Shown here piece by piece: positions 1 to 9,690 of a stretch of DNA of 60,018 bases. The DNA is taken from contig JBKEBI010000023.1 of the NCBI GenBank assembly GCA_047973085.1, positions 1 through 60,018 on the forward strand. Reading direction: 5' to 3'. The position numbers were made by a program, and so were the translations under genes. The DNA comes from Bacilli bacterium (GTDB taxonomy: Bacteria > Bacillota_I > Bacilli_A > JBKEDG01). The notes under the pieces were generated by a model that was not told the origin of the DNA, made no database searches, and worked only from the letters and a program-made list of their open reading frames with translations. Each line of letters opens with the position of its first letter. Positions within the stretch are counted from its first letter, which is position 1.

Positions 1-120
1 CTTAAAGAAAATGGCACAGAGGGTATAGGAAATATTAGTGAAATATGCATATAAATATAACAAAAGCATTGGAATTCATCCACATAGGATAAATATCAAT
101 GCTTTTTGTCTACAGTCTGA

Positions 121-157
121 AATCTCTAACTCTATTATAAGAGTTAGAGATTTTTTT
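121..157 (+). terminator. Rho-independent terminator-like hairpin directly upstream of the opuA-like gene
   Basis: Perfect 12-bp stem (121-132 pairs with 141-152), 8-nt loop, T-run 151-157. Could end an upstream gene or act as a leader attenuator. Confidence 0.6.
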
Positions 158-179
158 AAAAATTAAAATAGGAGGGTTT

Positions 180-2093
180 ATGAAAAAATTTTTTAAAATT
201 TTAATGGTGGGGTTATTATTACCTACTATGTTTATGTCTTTTGAAGAGGAAGTTTATGCCGAGGAAGTCTATACAATTAAGTTTGTTGATGCAGGGTGGG
301 ATAGTGTTAAGTTACATTCTACAATTGCTGGAATTATTGCAGAATATGGGTATGGATATGATTGGGAATTAATTCCTGTTTCTTCATCTGTAGGAGTAGA
401 GTCTGTAAAAAATAGTGAGATAGATATAAATATGGAAGCTTGGACTCAAAATATGGCTACATATGCATCTGATATAGAACAGAATAATTATCAAGAATTA
501 TCCACTAATTTCAATGATAACAAGCAAGGTCTATATGTTCCTAGATATGTTATTGAAGGTGATAAGGAGAGGGGAATAGAGGCTCTTGCACCAGATTTAA
601 AAACTGTAGAAGATTTAAAAGATTACGCCGATATTTTTGTTAATCCAAATGATAAAAATAGGGGAGCAATTTATAATGCTCCATCAGGGTGGTTAGTTGC
701 TGATGTGATAGATAATAAGTTTAATTATTATAATTTAGGGGATAATTATGATTTAGTTTCTCCAGGATCAGATTCAGCGCTGTCTGGAATTATTTCTTCA
801 GAGTATAATAATGGAGAAGCTTTTGTTGCGTATTATTGGGAGCCAACATGGGTAACTGGTAAATATGATTTAGTACTACTTGAGGATGCAGTATATACTA
901 CAAATGATGATTACTTACTTGGAAAAACAGAGTTTCCACAAATTGATGTAACAATTACTGCAAGTAATGATTTTGTGAATAATCATGAAGAATATGTAAA
1001 GTTTTTAGAAAATTATGAAACTTCTAGTGAATTAACAGAAAGTGCACTAGCATATATTGAAGAAAATTCTGCTACAATTGATGAAGCAGCTATTTGGTTT
1101 TTGAAAAATAATACTGAACTACTTGATGAATGGTTAGACCCAGAAATTTCAAATAAGGTTAAAGTAGCAATAGGTGAAATGGATGAAGGCAGTAGAGATG
1201 ATAAGTATATATATTATGATAAAGATTCGAGTTTTCCATTTAGGTTTGGAACAAAACTATTTGGTGAAAACTTTTCCAAAATAGATTCTATATTTAATAA
1301 TATAGATAAGATTTTTGGAGGAGTGTTTGATACCATTAAAGGGTTTTTAAATGGATTTATTTCGATTGTTTATAAAGTTTTAGAACTTATTCCATGGTGG
1401 CTATTTATTGGACTAATTTTTCTAGCTAGCTACTTTACTAGTAAGAAATGGCTTACTTCTCTTATTTTTTCAATCCTAGTAATGTTTATTGGCTTTGTAG
1501 GTCTTTGGGATTTAATGAATAAAACTTTGTCAATTGTCATTGTAGCAGTTATAATCTGTGTAGTACTCGGGTTTCCAATTGGGATATTAACAGCTTCTAA
1601 TGATCGTGCAAGTACAATTATTAGACCAATTCTTGATACGATGCAAACAATGCCAATTTTTGTATATTTAATCCCAGCAATTATATTCTTTGGAATTGGT
1701 GAAGCACCTGCAGTAATTGCAACAGTAATTTATGCAATCGTACCTATTATAAGACTTACAGAACATGGTATAAGAACAGTAAGTAAAGAAGTAGTAGAGG
1801 CCTCACGTGCTTTTGGAGCAACGTATTTTCAAACACTATTTAAAGTTAGAATTCCTCAGGCATTACCAACAATAATGACAGGAGTAAATCAAACATTAAT
1901 GATGGCGATGGCAATGGTTGTTACATGTTCAATGATAGGTGCAGCAGGTCTTGGTATGGAGGTATTATATAGTGTAAACCGTATTGAAATAGGTAGGGGG
2001 TTAATATCTGGTACAGCAGTTGTTATTCTGGCAATCGTACTAGATAGAATAACTCAAAAAATCTATGTTGGGAGAAGTGGTAATAATGAGTAA
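180..2093 (+). CDS. Glycine betaine/proline-type ABC transporter, fused substrate-binding domain (N-terminal) and permease (C-terminal)
   Basis: Signal peptide, then an OpuAC-like SBP region (YTIKFVDAGWDSVKLHS...). The C-terminal multi-TM region has an ABC permease EAA-like segment (EASRAFGATYFQTLFKVRIPQALP). RBS AGGAGGG lies upstream. Confidence 0.85.
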   Translation: MKKFFKILMVGLLLPTMFMSFEEEVYAEEVYTIKFVDAGWDSVKLHSTIAGIIAEYGYGYDWELIPVSSSVGVESVKNSEIDINMEAWTQNMATYASDIEQNNYQELSTNFNDNKQGLYVPRYVIEGDKERGIEALAPDLKTVEDLKDYADIFVNPNDKNRGAIYNAPSGWLVADVIDNKFNYYNLGDNYDLVSPGSDSALSGIISSEYNNGEAFVAYYWEPTWVTGKYDLVLLEDAVYTTNDDYLLGKTEFPQIDVTITASNDFVNNHEEYVKFLENYETSSELTESALAYIEENSATIDEAAIWFLKNNTELLDEWLDPEISNKVKVAIGEMDEGSRDDKYIYYDKDSSFPFRFGTKLFGENFSKIDSIFNNIDKIFGGVFDTIKGFLNGFISIVYKVLELIPWWLFIGLIFLASYFTSKKWLTSLIFSILVMFIGFVGLWDLMNKTLSIVIVAVIICVVLGFPIGILTASNDRASTIIRPILDTMQTMPIFVYLIPAIIFFGIGEAPAVIATVIYAIVPIIRLTEHGIRTVSKEVVEASRAFGATYFQTLFKVRIPQALPTIMTGVNQTLMMAMAMVVTCSMIGAAGLGMEVLYSVNRIEIGRGLISGTAVVILAIVLDRITQKIYVGRSGNNE

Positions 2094-3258
2094 GGCTATT
2101 ATGAAAGTTGAAAATATTTCAAAATTATATGGTTTAAAGAAAGAAGATGCACTCATACTTTTAAATAAAGGATTTTCTAAAGAGGAAGTACTTGCTAAAA
2201 CAAAGGTTACTGCAGCACTATATAATGTTTCTTTTGAAGTTAACAAGGGGGAAGTTTTTGTAATAATAGGGCTTTCAGGTTCTGGTAAATCTACTCTTGT
2301 AAGATGTTTAAATCGTCTTATTAAACCAACGAGAGGTACAGTTTATTTTAACGGTAATAATGTTAGTAAATATAATAAAAAAGAACTAAGAAAGTTTAGA
2401 ACTAATCATGTTTCAATGGTTTTCCAACACTTTGGAATTATGGACCATCGTGATGTAGTTGGTAACGTTGAATATGGAATGGAAATAAAAAGAATTAGAA
2501 AAGAATAGCGAAGAAATAAAGCAATGGAAATGATTGATATAGTAGGACTTGGTGGATATGAAACATCTTTTATTAATAATTTATCTGGAGGAATGAAGCA
2601 ACGTGTTGGAATTGCTAGAGCACTTGCAACAGATTCAGATATTCTGCTTATGGATGAACCTTTTTCTGCTCTAGATCCACTTGTTAGAAAAGACATGCAC
2701 CAAGAACTTTTAAGTATACAAAAACAATTCAACAAAACAATTATTTTTATTACTCACGATATAAATGAAGCTTTTAAAATAGGAGATAGAGTTGCTATAA
2801 TGAAAGATGGAAAACTTATTCAAGTAGCTACACCTGAGGAAATGATTGAAAATCCTGCTACTGAATATGTTAGCAAGTTTGTTGAAAGTGCTGATAAATC
2901 AAAGGTATTGCAACTGTATCAAATTATGATACAACCTGATTTTTTAATTAGGGGAACGGAAAATATAAATGAAGTTGCTAGTTATATGAAGGTAAATAAA
3001 GTTAAATATACATTTGTTATTGATGGAGATAAGAGACCTCTTGGTGCAATAACATATGCCAATGTTTTAAAGGCAAAAGAAGAGGGGCTGTTGTTAGCAG
3101 ATATTATTGATAAAGAGATACTTTGTGAAAATGAAGAGCTATATGTAAATGATGTATTTGAACTTGCTGGAACTTCAAAATATCCACTTGTAATAATAAA
3201 GGATGGGAAGTTTAGAGGGATTGTAACATATGAAACAATTCTTGCATCATTAGTTTAA
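2086..3258 (+). pseudogene. opuAA: Glycine betaine ABC transporter ATPase (OpuAA-like, with C-terminal tandem CBS domains) interrupted by an in-frame TAG
   Basis: Walker A GLSGSGKST is in ORF 2065-2508. LSGGMKQRV, Walker B LLMDEPFSALD and the CBS-like tail are in ORF 2524-3258. Both are in the same frame, separated only by TAG at 2506-2508. Probable start is ATG 2086. Confidence 0.8.
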
Positions 3259-3264
3259 TAATTT

Positions 3265-3296
3265 AAAACTTTTGGTTTATGGCCAAAGGTTTTTTG
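3265..3296 (+). terminator. Rho-independent terminator after opuAA
   Basis: Stem aaacttttgg/ccaaaggttt with a 7-nt loop, followed by a T-run. Confidence 0.6.
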
Positions 3297-3348
3297 CTAC
3301 AATGATTTTTGTATTAAAATGTGTTATAATATACTATAGGTGATTGGT

Positions 3349-4359
3349 ATGAAGAATAAGAAAAATATTATAATTATTGGAATTGTAGTTACCATTTTAG
3401 GAATGGGTTTTTATTTTAATAGAAAAGAAGAGTATCAAATAACAAAGCTAACATATTTTGAATATTTTGATACAATTATTGAGGTTTCAATCTATGAAGA
3501 AGTAGAAGATAAAGAAGAACTTGATGATCTAGTAAAGAATGAATTAATAGATATTTATGAAATGACAGATGCTTTTAATGATCATAATAATGAAGGACTT
3601 TATACATTGAATAAAGAGGGAAGTGTTGATAATGAAAGACTTGCAGGTCTTATTCAATATGCTATAGATTATTATAATAATTATTCTAATCAGTTTAATA
3701 TTGCACTTGCTCCTGTAATTGATATTTGGAAAGAAGCGTTAGAGGAATGTAATGAAAATAATAATTGTAGTGCTCCTAGTGTAGAAGAGCTTGAAAATGC
3801 TGGAAATATAAATGCAAGTGATGTTATTGTTGATGGTTCAACTGTTACAATTGAAGAGAAAATGAAGATAGATTTAGGAGCAATTGCAAAGGGGTATTGT
3901 AGTGATGAATTAGTAAAATTGTTAAAAGCTAATGGCTATGAATATTTCTTAATTAATGCAGGAGGAAATATCTATGGAACTACCAAACCTGATAAAGTTC
4001 CTTATACTGTAAGTGTGGTAGATCCAGTTGATACACAGTCTAGTTTTGTTATTTTCAATATTGAGAATAAGTCTGTTGTTACTAGTGGAGACTACGAAAG
4101 ATATTTTGAGGTTGATGGTGTGAGATATAGCCATTTAATTAATAATGAAACATTATTTCCTTCAAACTATTTTCACAGTGTAACAATTATTAGTGATAAA
4201 AGCATAGATGGAGATATTTTATCAACATTGCTTTTTAATACTACATATGAAGAAGGACTTGAAATTGTTGAAAAAAGGGATGATATTGAAGCGGTATGGT
4301 ATACAACTTCTGGTGAAATTTTAAAGTCAAGTGGGATTGATTCTTATGAAAAAAAGTGA
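3349..4359 (+). CDS. apbE: FAD:protein FMN transferase (ApbE family) lipoprotein/membrane-anchored
   Basis: ApbE-type motifs (DLGAIAKGY, SGDYERYF, HLIN). N-terminal TM segment. ATG 3349 lies 8 nt after AGGTGA. Confidence 0.85.
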   Translation: MKNKKNIIIIGIVVTILGMGFYFNRKEEYQITKLTYFEYFDTIIEVSIYEEVEDKEELDDLVKNELIDIYEMTDAFNDHNNEGLYTLNKEGSVDNERLAGLIQYAIDYYNNYSNQFNIALAPVIDIWKEALEECNENNNCSAPSVEELENAGNINASDVIVDGSTVTIEEKMKIDLGAIAKGYCSDELVKLLKANGYEYFLINAGGNIYGTTKPDKVPYTVSVVDPVDTQSSFVIFNIENKSVVTSGDYERYFEVDGVRYSHLINNETLFPSNYFHSVTIISDKSIDGDILSTLLFNTTYEEGLEIVEKRDDIEAVWYTTSGEILKSSGIDSYEKK

Positions 4360-4696
4360 TGTTATGTTAGTTGTTATTCTAGTGATTTTAAATACAGTAT
4401 TTTTGTTTAGAGTTATAGATTTTAGTAAATCAACAACTGCAAATGTATATTATGATAATCAGTTGATAATGGAGTTGGATTTAAAAGAAGATGGAGTTTA
4501 TAAGTTAGATGGAGTAAATGGTGAAGTTGAAATAACAGTTAAAGATGGAAAAGTTGCAATTACTAAGGAGACATCACCATTGAATATTTGTTCAAAGCAA
4601 GGTTATGTTGATGTAGGAAATGTGCCTTTAATTTGTTTACCAAATAAGGTAGTTGTAGAAGGTACTTCTTCAGAAGTAGATGGTGTTGCAAAATGA
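4346..4696 (+). CDS. NusG domain II-containing small membrane protein
   Basis: N-terminal TM segment plus a beta-rich domain ending CSKQGYV...LICLPNKV. Overlaps the apbE stop. This gene commonly neighbours ApbE and Gx-transporter genes. Confidence 0.6.
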   Translation: MKKSDVMLVVILVILNTVFLFRVIDFSKSTTANVYYDNQLIMELDLKEDGVYKLDGVNGEVEITVKDGKVAITKETSPLNICSKQGYVDVGNVPLICLPNKVVVEGTSSEVDGVAK

Positions 4697-5202
4697 GAAA
4701 AAATATTACTTTAATTATTTATATATCATTTGCAGTAGTACTTAGTGCAATTGAAACTGTTATTTTACCAACATCGGTGATTCCAGGGGTAAAGTTAGGG
4801 TTTGCTAATCTAGTTATTTTAGTTAGTTTGTATCAGTTTGGAATAAAAGAAGCGTACTTTGTATCGTTTATTCGAGTACTTATTGTAAGTTTTGTTTTAG
4901 GAAGTTTTTTAACTCCAACTTTTATGATTAGTATGGGTGGAATGATATTTTCACTTTTAGGACTTACAATTTTTTTTAAAGCCCAAAAATTTAGTATTGT
5001 TGGAGTTAGTATTATTGCTTCAGTTATGCATATTGTTGGCCAAGTTTTTTCGGTAATGATAATTATGAATTTAGATGCTATCATTAATGTTGCTCCTTTT
5101 CTGATTTATATTGCTATTTTAACAGGTGCAATTATTGGATATATTGCTAAAAGAATTTTAAGAGTAATTTCAATTAAGACGGAGGTAATTTATGAATTTT
5201 AA
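4693..5202 (+). CDS. Gx transporter family / heptaprenyl diphosphate synthase component I-like membrane protein
   Basis: 169-aa polytopic membrane protein. ATGA overlap with the upstream gene. Confidence 0.6.
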   Translation: MRKNITLIIYISFAVVLSAIETVILPTSVIPGVKLGFANLVILVSLYQFGIKEAYFVSFIRVLIVSFVLGSFLTPTFMISMGGMIFSLLGLTIFFKAQKFSIVGVSIIASVMHIVGQVFSVMIIMNLDAIINVAPFLIYIAILTGAIIGYIAKRILRVISIKTEVIYEF

Positions 5203-5713
5203 ACCAACTATGTATATGGAAAGTATATATCATGTAGATTTTAATAAAATATATAGAATGGGATATCGTGTGTTGCTGATAGATTTAGATAATACACTAG
5301 TGCCTCATGATGTTGCGCATCCTACAAATGAGAGTATAAAATTGATAGAAAGCTTAAAGTCAATTGGGTTTGAAGTAGTTATCTTATCAAATAATAATGA
5401 AAAACGAGTATCGTTATTTGCAAAACCACTGAATGTAGAATACATGTACAGTACAAGAAAGCCACTAAAGTTTAAATATTTGAGACTTGTGAAAAAGCAT
5501 AGTTATAACACAAGTGAGATTTTATGCATTGGTGATCAGATTATGACAGATGTATATGGTGCTAACAGACTGGGATATGCTAATATGTTAGTAGAACCAC
5601 TAGCCAAAAAAGATATTTTATGGACTAAAGGCAATCGCTTGCTAGAAAAGCTTGTTTATAATAGTTTAGCTAAGAAGAATGAACTAGTTAGAGGAGAATT
5701 CTATTATGAATAA
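5192..5713 (+). CDS. yqeG: YqeG-family HAD phosphatase
   Basis: HAD motif I (LLIDLDNTL) and GDQIMTDV motif. Conserved position upstream of yqeH. Confidence 0.85.
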   Translation: MNFKPTMYMESIYHVDFNKIYRMGYRVLLIDLDNTLVPHDVAHPTNESIKLIESLKSIGFEVVILSNNNEKRVSLFAKPLNVEYMYSTRKPLKFKYLRLVKKHSYNTSEILCIGDQIMTDVYGANRLGYANMLVEPLAKKDILWTKGNRLLEKLVYNSLAKKNELVRGEFYYE

Positions 5714-6770
5714 ATGTAGTGGTTGTGGTGTAGTTTTACAAGTGAAAGATAAAGAAAAACTTGGATATGTAACTCAGAGTGCTCTAGACAAAGGTAATAG
5801 TCTATGTATGCGCTGTTTTAATATAGTAAATTACACAAAAAATATTAATAAAGACTATACAGATGAACAATTTATTGAGGTGCTAAAAAAAATTTCTACA
5901 GACAATCTAATTGTAATGATTGTAGATGTATTTGATTTAAATTCTACGCTTTTATCAAGTATAATTGAGGTGATAAAAAATCATGATATTTTACTTTTTG
6001 TAAATAAATTGGATATGTTACCAAATACTATAAATATTGATAAGCTTTTAAGTAATATTGTAAGAATGTATCAAAATTTAAATTTAAATATAGTTAATGG
6101 GACTTTAATTAGTGCAAAATATAATTTTAATATTGACTATGCAAAAGAATTAATTGATATGTATGCAGTAAATAAAGATACATATATTGTTGGAGTTAGT
6201 AATGTTGGAAAAAGCCAATTTCTTTCATCACTTTTAAAGGAGTGTGAGATAGAGAATGCCAATATAACAATTAGTCATTTTCCAGCTACAACAATTAATT
6301 CACTGAAATTTAAGTATAATAATAATTTTATTTATGATACACCAGGGGTAATTAATCGTAGTCAAATCATTCATTATATTAAAGAGAGTGATATTAAGTA
6401 TTTGTACCCTAAAAAACTTGCTCAAAAAGTTTTTCAAGTAAAAGATGCTACAACAATTTTTGTATCTGGATATTTAAAGATAGATATAGAGAGTAAAAAG
6501 CGACTTTCACTTACATTGTTTTCAAGTGAGGAACTAAATATTCACCGTAGAAAAACAGTTGGTAGTGAAGACTTTTTTAAAGAGCATAGAAAAGATATTT
6601 TAGTCCATAATTATGTTGAAGATGATTTTAAAACAAAGGAAATAGCTTTGAAAAAAGATCAGGAAATAAGTGTTCATGGGTTATGTTGGTTTAAAGTAAA
6701 TGAAGACTGTAAGATATCGCTGACATTAAATGAAAATGTTGGTATTAGTATTCGTGATAAGTTGATATAG
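5706..6770 (+). CDS. yqeH: Ribosome biogenesis GTPase YqeH
   Basis: N-terminal Zn-finger CSGCG...CMRC. Circularly permuted GTPase motifs (NKLD, GVSNVGKS). Confidence 0.85.
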   Translation: MNKCSGCGVVLQVKDKEKLGYVTQSALDKGNSLCMRCFNIVNYTKNINKDYTDEQFIEVLKKISTDNLIVMIVDVFDLNSTLLSSIIEVIKNHDILLFVNKLDMLPNTINIDKLLSNIVRMYQNLNLNIVNGTLISAKYNFNIDYAKELIDMYAVNKDTYIVGVSNVGKSQFLSSLLKECEIENANITISHFPATTINSLKFKYNNNFIYDTPGVINRSQIIHYIKESDIKYLYPKKLAQKVFQVKDATTIFVSGYLKIDIESKKRLSLTLFSSEELNIHRRKTVGSEDFFKEHRKDILVHNYVEDDFKTKEIALKKDQEISVHGLCWFKVNEDCKISLTLNENVGISIRDKLI

Positions 6771-6780
6771 AGGTGATACT

Positions 6781-7296
6781 ATGAAACTTTTGGAAACAAA
6801 GAGATGTATTCTTAGAAATTTTCATGAAGACGACTTAGAAGATTTTTATGAATATGCAAAAGTAGAAGGGGTTGGTGAAATGGCTGGATGGACATTTCAT
6901 AAATCTATTGATGAGTCAAAGAGAATTTTAGATATGTTTATTAATGAAAAGCATACTTATGCAATAGTTTTAAAGGAAACAGGTAAGGTTATTGGAAGTA
7001 TTTCAAGAAAACAACCACCTAAACATTTAGAGAATTTAAATTGTACAGATATTGGATATACTATTGCTAAAGGGCATTGGGGAAAGGGCATTATGCCAGA
7101 GGTATTTAATGCATTTATTAAACATATATTTGCCAATACAGAAATTGAAATGATTACAGTGGAGCACTTTGTGACTAATAATCAGTCAAGGCGTGTTATA
7201 GAAAAGTGTGGTGGTGTATTCTTTTGTGATGATGAATACTACTCAGAAAGTATGAATAAGAAATTTAAAACAAAAAGGTATATAATAAAAAAATAA
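6781..7296 (+). CDS. GNAT family N-acetyltransferase (RimJ/RimL-like)
   Basis: Typical GNAT layout (WGKGIMPE..., NNQSRRVIEKCG). Confidence 0.75.
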   Translation: MKLLETKRCILRNFHEDDLEDFYEYAKVEGVGEMAGWTFHKSIDESKRILDMFINEKHTYAIVLKETGKVIGSISRKQPPKHLENLNCTDIGYTIAKGHWGKGIMPEVFNAFIKHIFANTEIEMITVEHFVTNNQSRRVIEKCGGVFFCDDEYYSESMNKKFKTKRYIIKK

Positions 7297-7320
7297 AATT
7301 ATAATAAATAGGAGGCAGTT

Positions 7321-7620
7321 ATGCTAAATCGAGAACAAATCAAATATTTGAGAAAATATGCACACAAATTAAAGCCAGTTTTTCAAGTTGGAAAAAGCGG
7401 AGAGAGTTTTGATCAACTTAATTCAATTGAGGAGTATTTAGCTATTCATGAGATTGTTAAAGTTTCAATTTTAAACAATGCTCCAGAAGAGAGAGATTAC
7501 TATGTTGATGTATTAGATGAAGCTGGTTTTGAGATTGTAAATGTGATTGGAAAAACTATTACAATTTATAAGCATAGCGATAATGAAAATAAAAAAAGTA
7601 GGGTAAAGTTACCAAGATGA
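7321..7620 (+). CDS. yhbY: YhbY-family CRM-domain RNA-binding protein
   Basis: LRKYAHKLKPVFQVGKSG motif. 99 aa. Conserved locus position. Confidence 0.85.
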   Translation: MLNREQIKYLRKYAHKLKPVFQVGKSGESFDQLNSIEEYLAIHEIVKVSILNNAPEERDYYVDVLDEAGFEIVNVIGKTITIYKHSDNENKKSRVKLPR

Positions 7621-8621
7621 AAAAGGTAGCGTTATTTGGAGGTAGTTTTGATCCAGTTCATTTAAAGCATTATATGATTGTAGAAGAGCTTCTTGAGAAT
7701 TTTGATGAGGTTTGGATAATTGTTGCTAAATCTTCACCATTTAAAAATAGGCATTTCACAAGCTTTAGTAATCGCTTTAAGATGTGCAAGATAGCTTTTA
7801 GCAATTTAAATGTAAAAGTTCTAGATATTGAAGAAAAATATGGATTTAAATATACTTATGATACAGTAAAGTTTTTAAAAGAAAAGTATGATGCTAGTTT
7901 TTACTTTGCTATTGGTAGTGATAATGAAAAAGATTTGGATAAATGGTATAAATATGAAGAATTAAAAAAACTTGTTGAGTTTGTTGTTTTTAAACGTACA
8001 ACTATTTCTTCTACAATTTCAAGAATTACAAAAGATACAGGGATTGATTTAGTCAACCAGTATATTAAAAGTAATAATTTATATCAAAATGAGCTTGAAA
8101 GTGATTTTTTAAAACTAAGAGAAGTAGTAAGTGAGAATAGATATAATCATACAATATATGTGTATACTTTAATATTAGAATTAGCAACAATTCATAATTT
8201 AGATATAAAAAAATGTGCTCTATCTGCAATTTATCATGATTTTTATAAGGAATTAGCTAATAAAGAATATATTGAAAAATATAAGATAAGCTATCCTAAG
8301 TATAAAAACTTTAATAATAAAGTAATGCATGCAATAATTGCTGGAGAGATGCTTGATTTAGATGAGGAAGTTTTAGATGCTATCAAGTATCATACACTTG
8401 GAAAAGAAAATGCAGGAGTAATTTTAAAAGCTCTATATATAGCCGATTACTGTGAGAGAAGTAGAAAATATTTTGATGAAGTAAAATATATTCTAGACAT
8501 AGCTTATATAAATTTAGATGAAGCATATATAGAAGCATTTACTAGACAAAGAGATGCTGTAATTAAAAAATATGGAAGAAATGAAGATGTAGAAAAGTTT
8601 ATAAGAGGAGAGACTATATGA
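7617..8621 (+). CDS. nadD: Fused nicotinate-nucleotide adenylyltransferase (NadD) and HD-domain YqeK (Ap4A hydrolase family)
   Basis: N-terminal GGSFDPVHLKH and ISSTISR motifs (NadD). C-terminal HD-domain motifs (NHT..., YHDFYK, KYHT, IADYCE). One continuous 334-aa ORF. Confidence 0.8.
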   Translation: MKKVALFGGSFDPVHLKHYMIVEELLENFDEVWIIVAKSSPFKNRHFTSFSNRFKMCKIAFSNLNVKVLDIEEKYGFKYTYDTVKFLKEKYDASFYFAIGSDNEKDLDKWYKYEELKKLVEFVVFKRTTISSTISRITKDTGIDLVNQYIKSNNLYQNELESDFLKLREVVSENRYNHTIYVYTLILELATIHNLDIKKCALSAIYHDFYKELANKEYIEKYKISYPKYKNFNNKVMHAIIAGEMLDLDEEVLDAIKYHTLGKENAGVILKALYIADYCERSRKYFDEVKYILDIAYINLDEAYIEAFTRQRDAVIKKYGRNEDVEKFIRGETI

Positions 8622-8962
8622 AAGAATTAGAACTAATTGTAAAAACGCTAGATGATAAGCTGGCAAAAGATATTGTAGTAATTAATGTTGCTGATGTTAA
8701 TCCACTATGTGAATATTTTGTTATATGTACTGGTAATAATGAAAGGCATTTAACAGGGATAGCAAATGGTCTTAGAGAAGTTGCACTTGAAAAGGATTTA
8801 GATTTAAAGAGAATTGAAGGAAAAACTGGAGGATCTTGGACACTAGTTGATTTAACTGATGTTGTAGTCCATATTTTTAGTGAAGAAGGTAGAGAAAACT
8901 ATAGTTTAGAAAGACTCTGGGGAGACCTTGAGACAGTTGATGTAGAAAAATTGCTGAAATAA
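8618..8962 (+). CDS. rsfS: Ribosome silencing factor RsfS
   Basis: 114 aa with DYFVICTG-like motif (EYFVICTGNNERH) and WTLVDLTDVVVHIF. ATGA overlap with nadD-yqeK. Confidence 0.9.
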   Translation: MKELELIVKTLDDKLAKDIVVINVADVNPLCEYFVICTGNNERHLTGIANGLREVALEKDLDLKRIEGKTGGSWTLVDLTDVVVHIFSEEGRENYSLERLWGDLETVDVEKLLK

Positions 8963-9051
8963 GTGGCATCTGTACGTTTTTTAGTAAAGTTATTATAATA
9001 TTAAAAGGAACCCTCTTGTTTATATAGAAAATATAAGCAGGAGGGATTTTT

Positions 9052-9690
9052 ATGAAGAGGAAATATCTATCAATAGTAATAATCGGTTTGATTTTTGCTA
9101 TGGTTGGAGTAAGTATTTTTAGTAATCAAGCTACTGAGGTAAATGCTGATAGCAAAAGCGAAAAAACCGAAGAAAAAGAGATAGTTACTGATATATATGT
9201 AGAGGTTAAGGGAGCAGTTAATAGTCCAGGAGTGTATAGTTTTAAAACCAATAGTAGAGTATTTGATGCAATAGATATTGCAGGAGGGCTTGCAAATGAT
9301 GCCAATATTGAATACATTAATCAATCAAGAGTTTTGGAAGATCAAATGTTGATTGTAATAATGACAAATACTGAAATTGAAGCAGCAATAGCAAATCAAG
9401 AATTAGTTCAAAGACAATCGAGTGAAGTTGTTACTGCAACAACACAAAAAGAAATAATTGGGTATGATTCGTGTTATGGAGCAGAATCAAACAACTTAAA
9501 TTTAGTTTCAATTAATAATGCAAGTAGGGATGAATTAATGACACTTTCAGGAATAGGTGAAGTAAAAGCTAATGATATTGTAAGTTATCGTGAAGCTAAT
9601 GGAGGTTTTGGATCTTTAGAGGAGTTAATGGAAGTAAATGGAATTGGTGAAGCTACTTTTAATAAAATTAAAGCTGATATTACGCTATAG
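9052..9690 (+). CDS. comEA: Competence protein ComEA (SLBB plus helix-hairpin-helix DNA-binding)
   Basis: N-terminal TM segment, SLBB-like VKGAVNSPGVY, C-terminal tandem HhH (LSGIGEVKANDIV...VNGIGEATFNKIK). Confidence 0.85.
   Translation: MKRKYLSIVIIGLIFAMVGVSIFSNQATEVNADSKSEKTEEKEIVTDIYVEVKGAVNSPGVYSFKTNSRVFDAIDIAGGLANDANIEYINQSRVLEDQMLIVIMTNTEIEAAIANQELVQRQSSEVVTATTQKEIIGYDSCYGAESNNLNLVSINNASRDELMTLSGIGEVKANDIVSYREANGGFGSLEELMEVNGIGEATFNKIKADITL

Noticed and set aside
64-107. Hairpin aaagcattg...caatgcttt with a 25-nt loop, plus the window start, as a riboswitch aptamer for the opuA gene
   Set aside because: The putative aptamer would extend beyond the window start. I recognise no conserved riboswitch core motif. 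It may simply be the terminator of the upstream gene.
2506-2508. In-frame TAG in opuAA as pyrrolysine
   Set aside because: There is no methylamine methyltransferase context or pyl genes in view. From my recollection of OpuAA homologues the position corresponds to an ordinary Glu, so a simple GAG to TAG nonsense change is more parsimonious.
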